The notes below the pieces were generated by a model, which ran no database searches, was not told the origin of the DNA, and saw only the letters and a program-made list of their open reading frames with translations. This document shows, in pieces, positions 61,150-64,000 of a DNA stretch of 64,000 bases. The position numbers and the translations under genes are program-made. The DNA lies in assembly GCF_009914755.1 (NCBI RefSeq), contig NC_060928.1; one strand, written 5' to 3'. Source of the stretch: the human T2T-CHM13v2.0 reference genome, Homo sapiens. Within the stretch, counting starts at the first letter, position 1, and every line of letters begins with the position of its first letter.

Positions 61150-61484
61150 CAGTCATGTGTTGCCTAAAGACATGGATGCAGTCTAAGAAAATCTCATTGT
61201 TAGGTGATGTCATTGTAGTGCTACGATCACTGAGTGTACTTACACAAACCAAGATGGTATAGCCTACTGCATACTTAGGCTGTATGGTATAGCCTGTTAC
61301 TCCTAGGCTGCAAACCTGTACAGCAGAGTACTCTACTGAATACCTTAGGCAGTTGTAGCACAATGGTATGTATTGGTGTATCTAAGCAGAAAAGATACAG
61401 TAAAAATATAATATTACAATCTTATGAGACCAGCATCATCATATATGTGGTTCATCATTGAAATGTTATGTGGCACATGCCTCT
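61150..61484 (-). mobile_element. Tigger3a (MER7/Golem-derived) MITE, followed by (TG)n
   Basis: TIR-like 'cagtcatgtg' .. 'cacatgcctctg'; internal 'gtgtacttacacaaacc..gatggtatagcctac..ctcctaggctgcaaacctgtacagc'. Confidence 0.85.
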
Positions 61485-62399
61485 GTGTGTGTGTGTGTGT
61501 GTGTGTAAGTATATGTTTATAACATGTATAAATGCTTTTACTTATAAAGTAATTATATTATAAAATAAACATGTCATGAAATAGTGTACTTAAGAAATAA
61601 TCCGAGGTGAATAGATTATTTAAGCACTATTCCTTAGGATAGCACAGTACATCATATGTCTTATTCACCTGTTTTCTTAAAAATTGTATTCAGAAGTCAA
61701 CTTTTATTTTAAAACCTCATTAAATCATCCTTATAAGCAAAGGTAATTAAGATGGTGTCATTTCATTTTAGTGAGTTATAGTTCTCTGGACTCTCCCTCT
61801 GTCACTGTTTCCAATTAGAATTTCTCTAAAAGTTACAAGAGTAGTTAATTTTAATTACTAAAAATACCTAGGGGGAAATTTGTTGAGTGGACTCTTGAAT
61901 TTCAAGGGATTTTTGTCTTGCAAGTAAATTATAGAGCAGAGGCTATAAATTAGTTCTCCATTCTTTTTAGACCTTGAACTTTTTATTATTCTGCCTAAAT
62001 GTAACTGTAACTTCCATTTTCTCATCTTAAAATTTGCAAATTTATGTTCTCTATATTTCTTTCATGATTAGCAAGAGGTCTCTGTCTTACATATTTTTTG
62101 AACCTTACTTTCTCAATTTACTAATTTGTAATTTCTACTCTAATCTTTATTAATCCCCTTCTTTTTCTTAGACATAATTATGGCTATTAATATGCTGCTA
62201 AATGCAACTTTGTCCCCATTCCATGTGTAGGTGTTCTTTTTAAAATTGTTCTGTGTACATTTTGTGATTGAATATTTGATTTTCTAGACATTTTGATTTT
62301 TACTATTTAAAACTTTCTAGGTTTAATTCATTGATAACAGAAAATGTGGCTTGGATATGTAAGCTTTTTAAAGATTTGTAAGGGTTTTCTTTGCCTCTT

Positions 62400-63120
62400 A
62401 CATAGTGATCTTCAAACTTTTTGCTTACATACTCACTAAAAGAATTTGATGAACTCAATACCCTCCTACACATTTTAAAGTTGAAGTCAAATACTTTTCA
62501 TCACAAGTAAAAATAATTGCAAAGGATTAATTTCCAGTGTATGACAAATATTGATATTTTAAATAAATTGTTATATCACAATTTTTTTTAAGAGAGTCTC
62601 GTTCTGTTGCTAGGCTGGAGTGCAATGGCATGATCATAGCTCATTACAGCTTTGACCTCCTGGGATCAAGCTATCCTCTCACCTCAGCCTCCCAAGTAGC
62701 TAGGACTAAAGGTGCATGCCATCATGCCCGGTTAATTGTATCATTTTGTTGTTGTTGTGGAGACAGAGTCTTGCTATGTTGTTCAGGCTGGTCTGGAACT
62801 GCTGGCCTCTATTATATCATGACTATTCAGTGTCCATTAATAATTATAAACAAATACTATATGCTCTTCCAATCGGATGCTCACCATCAGGTATTTATTA
62901 ATAATTTACGAAACTCCTCAACACTAGAATATTTTACATTATTTCTTCTCTTTGAAATTTGTATTTTCATTCCACATTTCCTGGAATATTTTAATATAAT
63001 ATACCTTTATTCTTGAAATTCCTTTATTGTTCAACTTACTGTACCCTTCTGCAACAAATGCAGCCATATATATATTTGGAAAATGTCTATGGCTTCAAGG
63101 TCCTAAGAGATAGAAACAAA
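62400..63120. mobile_element. hAT-Charlie (Charlie7-like) fragment interrupted by an Alu
   Basis: 'tcttcaaactttttgcttacatac..taaaagaattt..cacattttaaagttga..ttgcaaagga'; family recalled from memory. Confidence 0.6.
62582..62808 (-). mobile_element. AluJ, left arm partly missing
   Basis: Antisense right arm plus partial left arm. Confidence 0.9.
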
Positions 63121-63244
63121 GATCTTCTTTGAATTTCAGAAACAAATGCTCTTCTTTGAGTTCCAAATACTGTTATAATCTGTACACACTTGATCCAAAA
63201 CCAAACATGTACGCTCTAATAAAAAATTATTGTTTATAAAAACT

Positions 63245-63550
<306 letters not shown>

Positions 63551-63555
63551 TTTGT

Positions 63556-63843
<288 letters not shown>

Positions 63844-64000
63844 GTATTGGAAATGTATCTCCTGATGAGATGAGGTGGTAATTATAATTGTTCGTGGCTC
63901 TTTGATTTGCTGCTCTAGAATGGGCATTGCCTCATGGTAAGTTTCTAGGTAGATGAGAAAAGAAGCTCTTCTGTAGGTACCAGATCAGCCAAGTCAATAT

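Overview
Primate, almost certainly human, genomic DNA: AT-rich, with about 33 Alu/FLAM copies plus L1, L2, MIR, MaLR and DNA-transposon relics. The one strong genic landmark is a ~1.3 kb CpG island (about 37965-39295). It looks like the promoter and two alternative first exons of a + strand gene (donors at 38929/38933 and 39282), whose long first intron runs past the window end. No internal protein-coding exon was recognised. Nearly all ORF-track entries are Alu read-throughs or GC/AT-bias noise; the exception is the C-terminus of L1 ORF2 (9071-9625). I cannot name the gene with confidence. The layout recalls RASSF8/RASSF8-AS1 from memory, which is unverified, so no symbol is given. Most worth a second look: an interrupted (GGC/GGT)14 repeat in polyGly/polyAla frames, a regular array of short uORFs in candidate exon 1b, candidate exons of a divergent minus-strand lncRNA, a trimeric chimeric Alu under one TSD, an Alu with a duplicated B box, a 134-bp self-complementary purine-pyrimidine tract, a 55-bp tandem duplication and two motif-dense enhancer candidates. 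I see no convincing evidence of a wholly new biological system. Subfamily calls and boundaries of old repeats are by eye.
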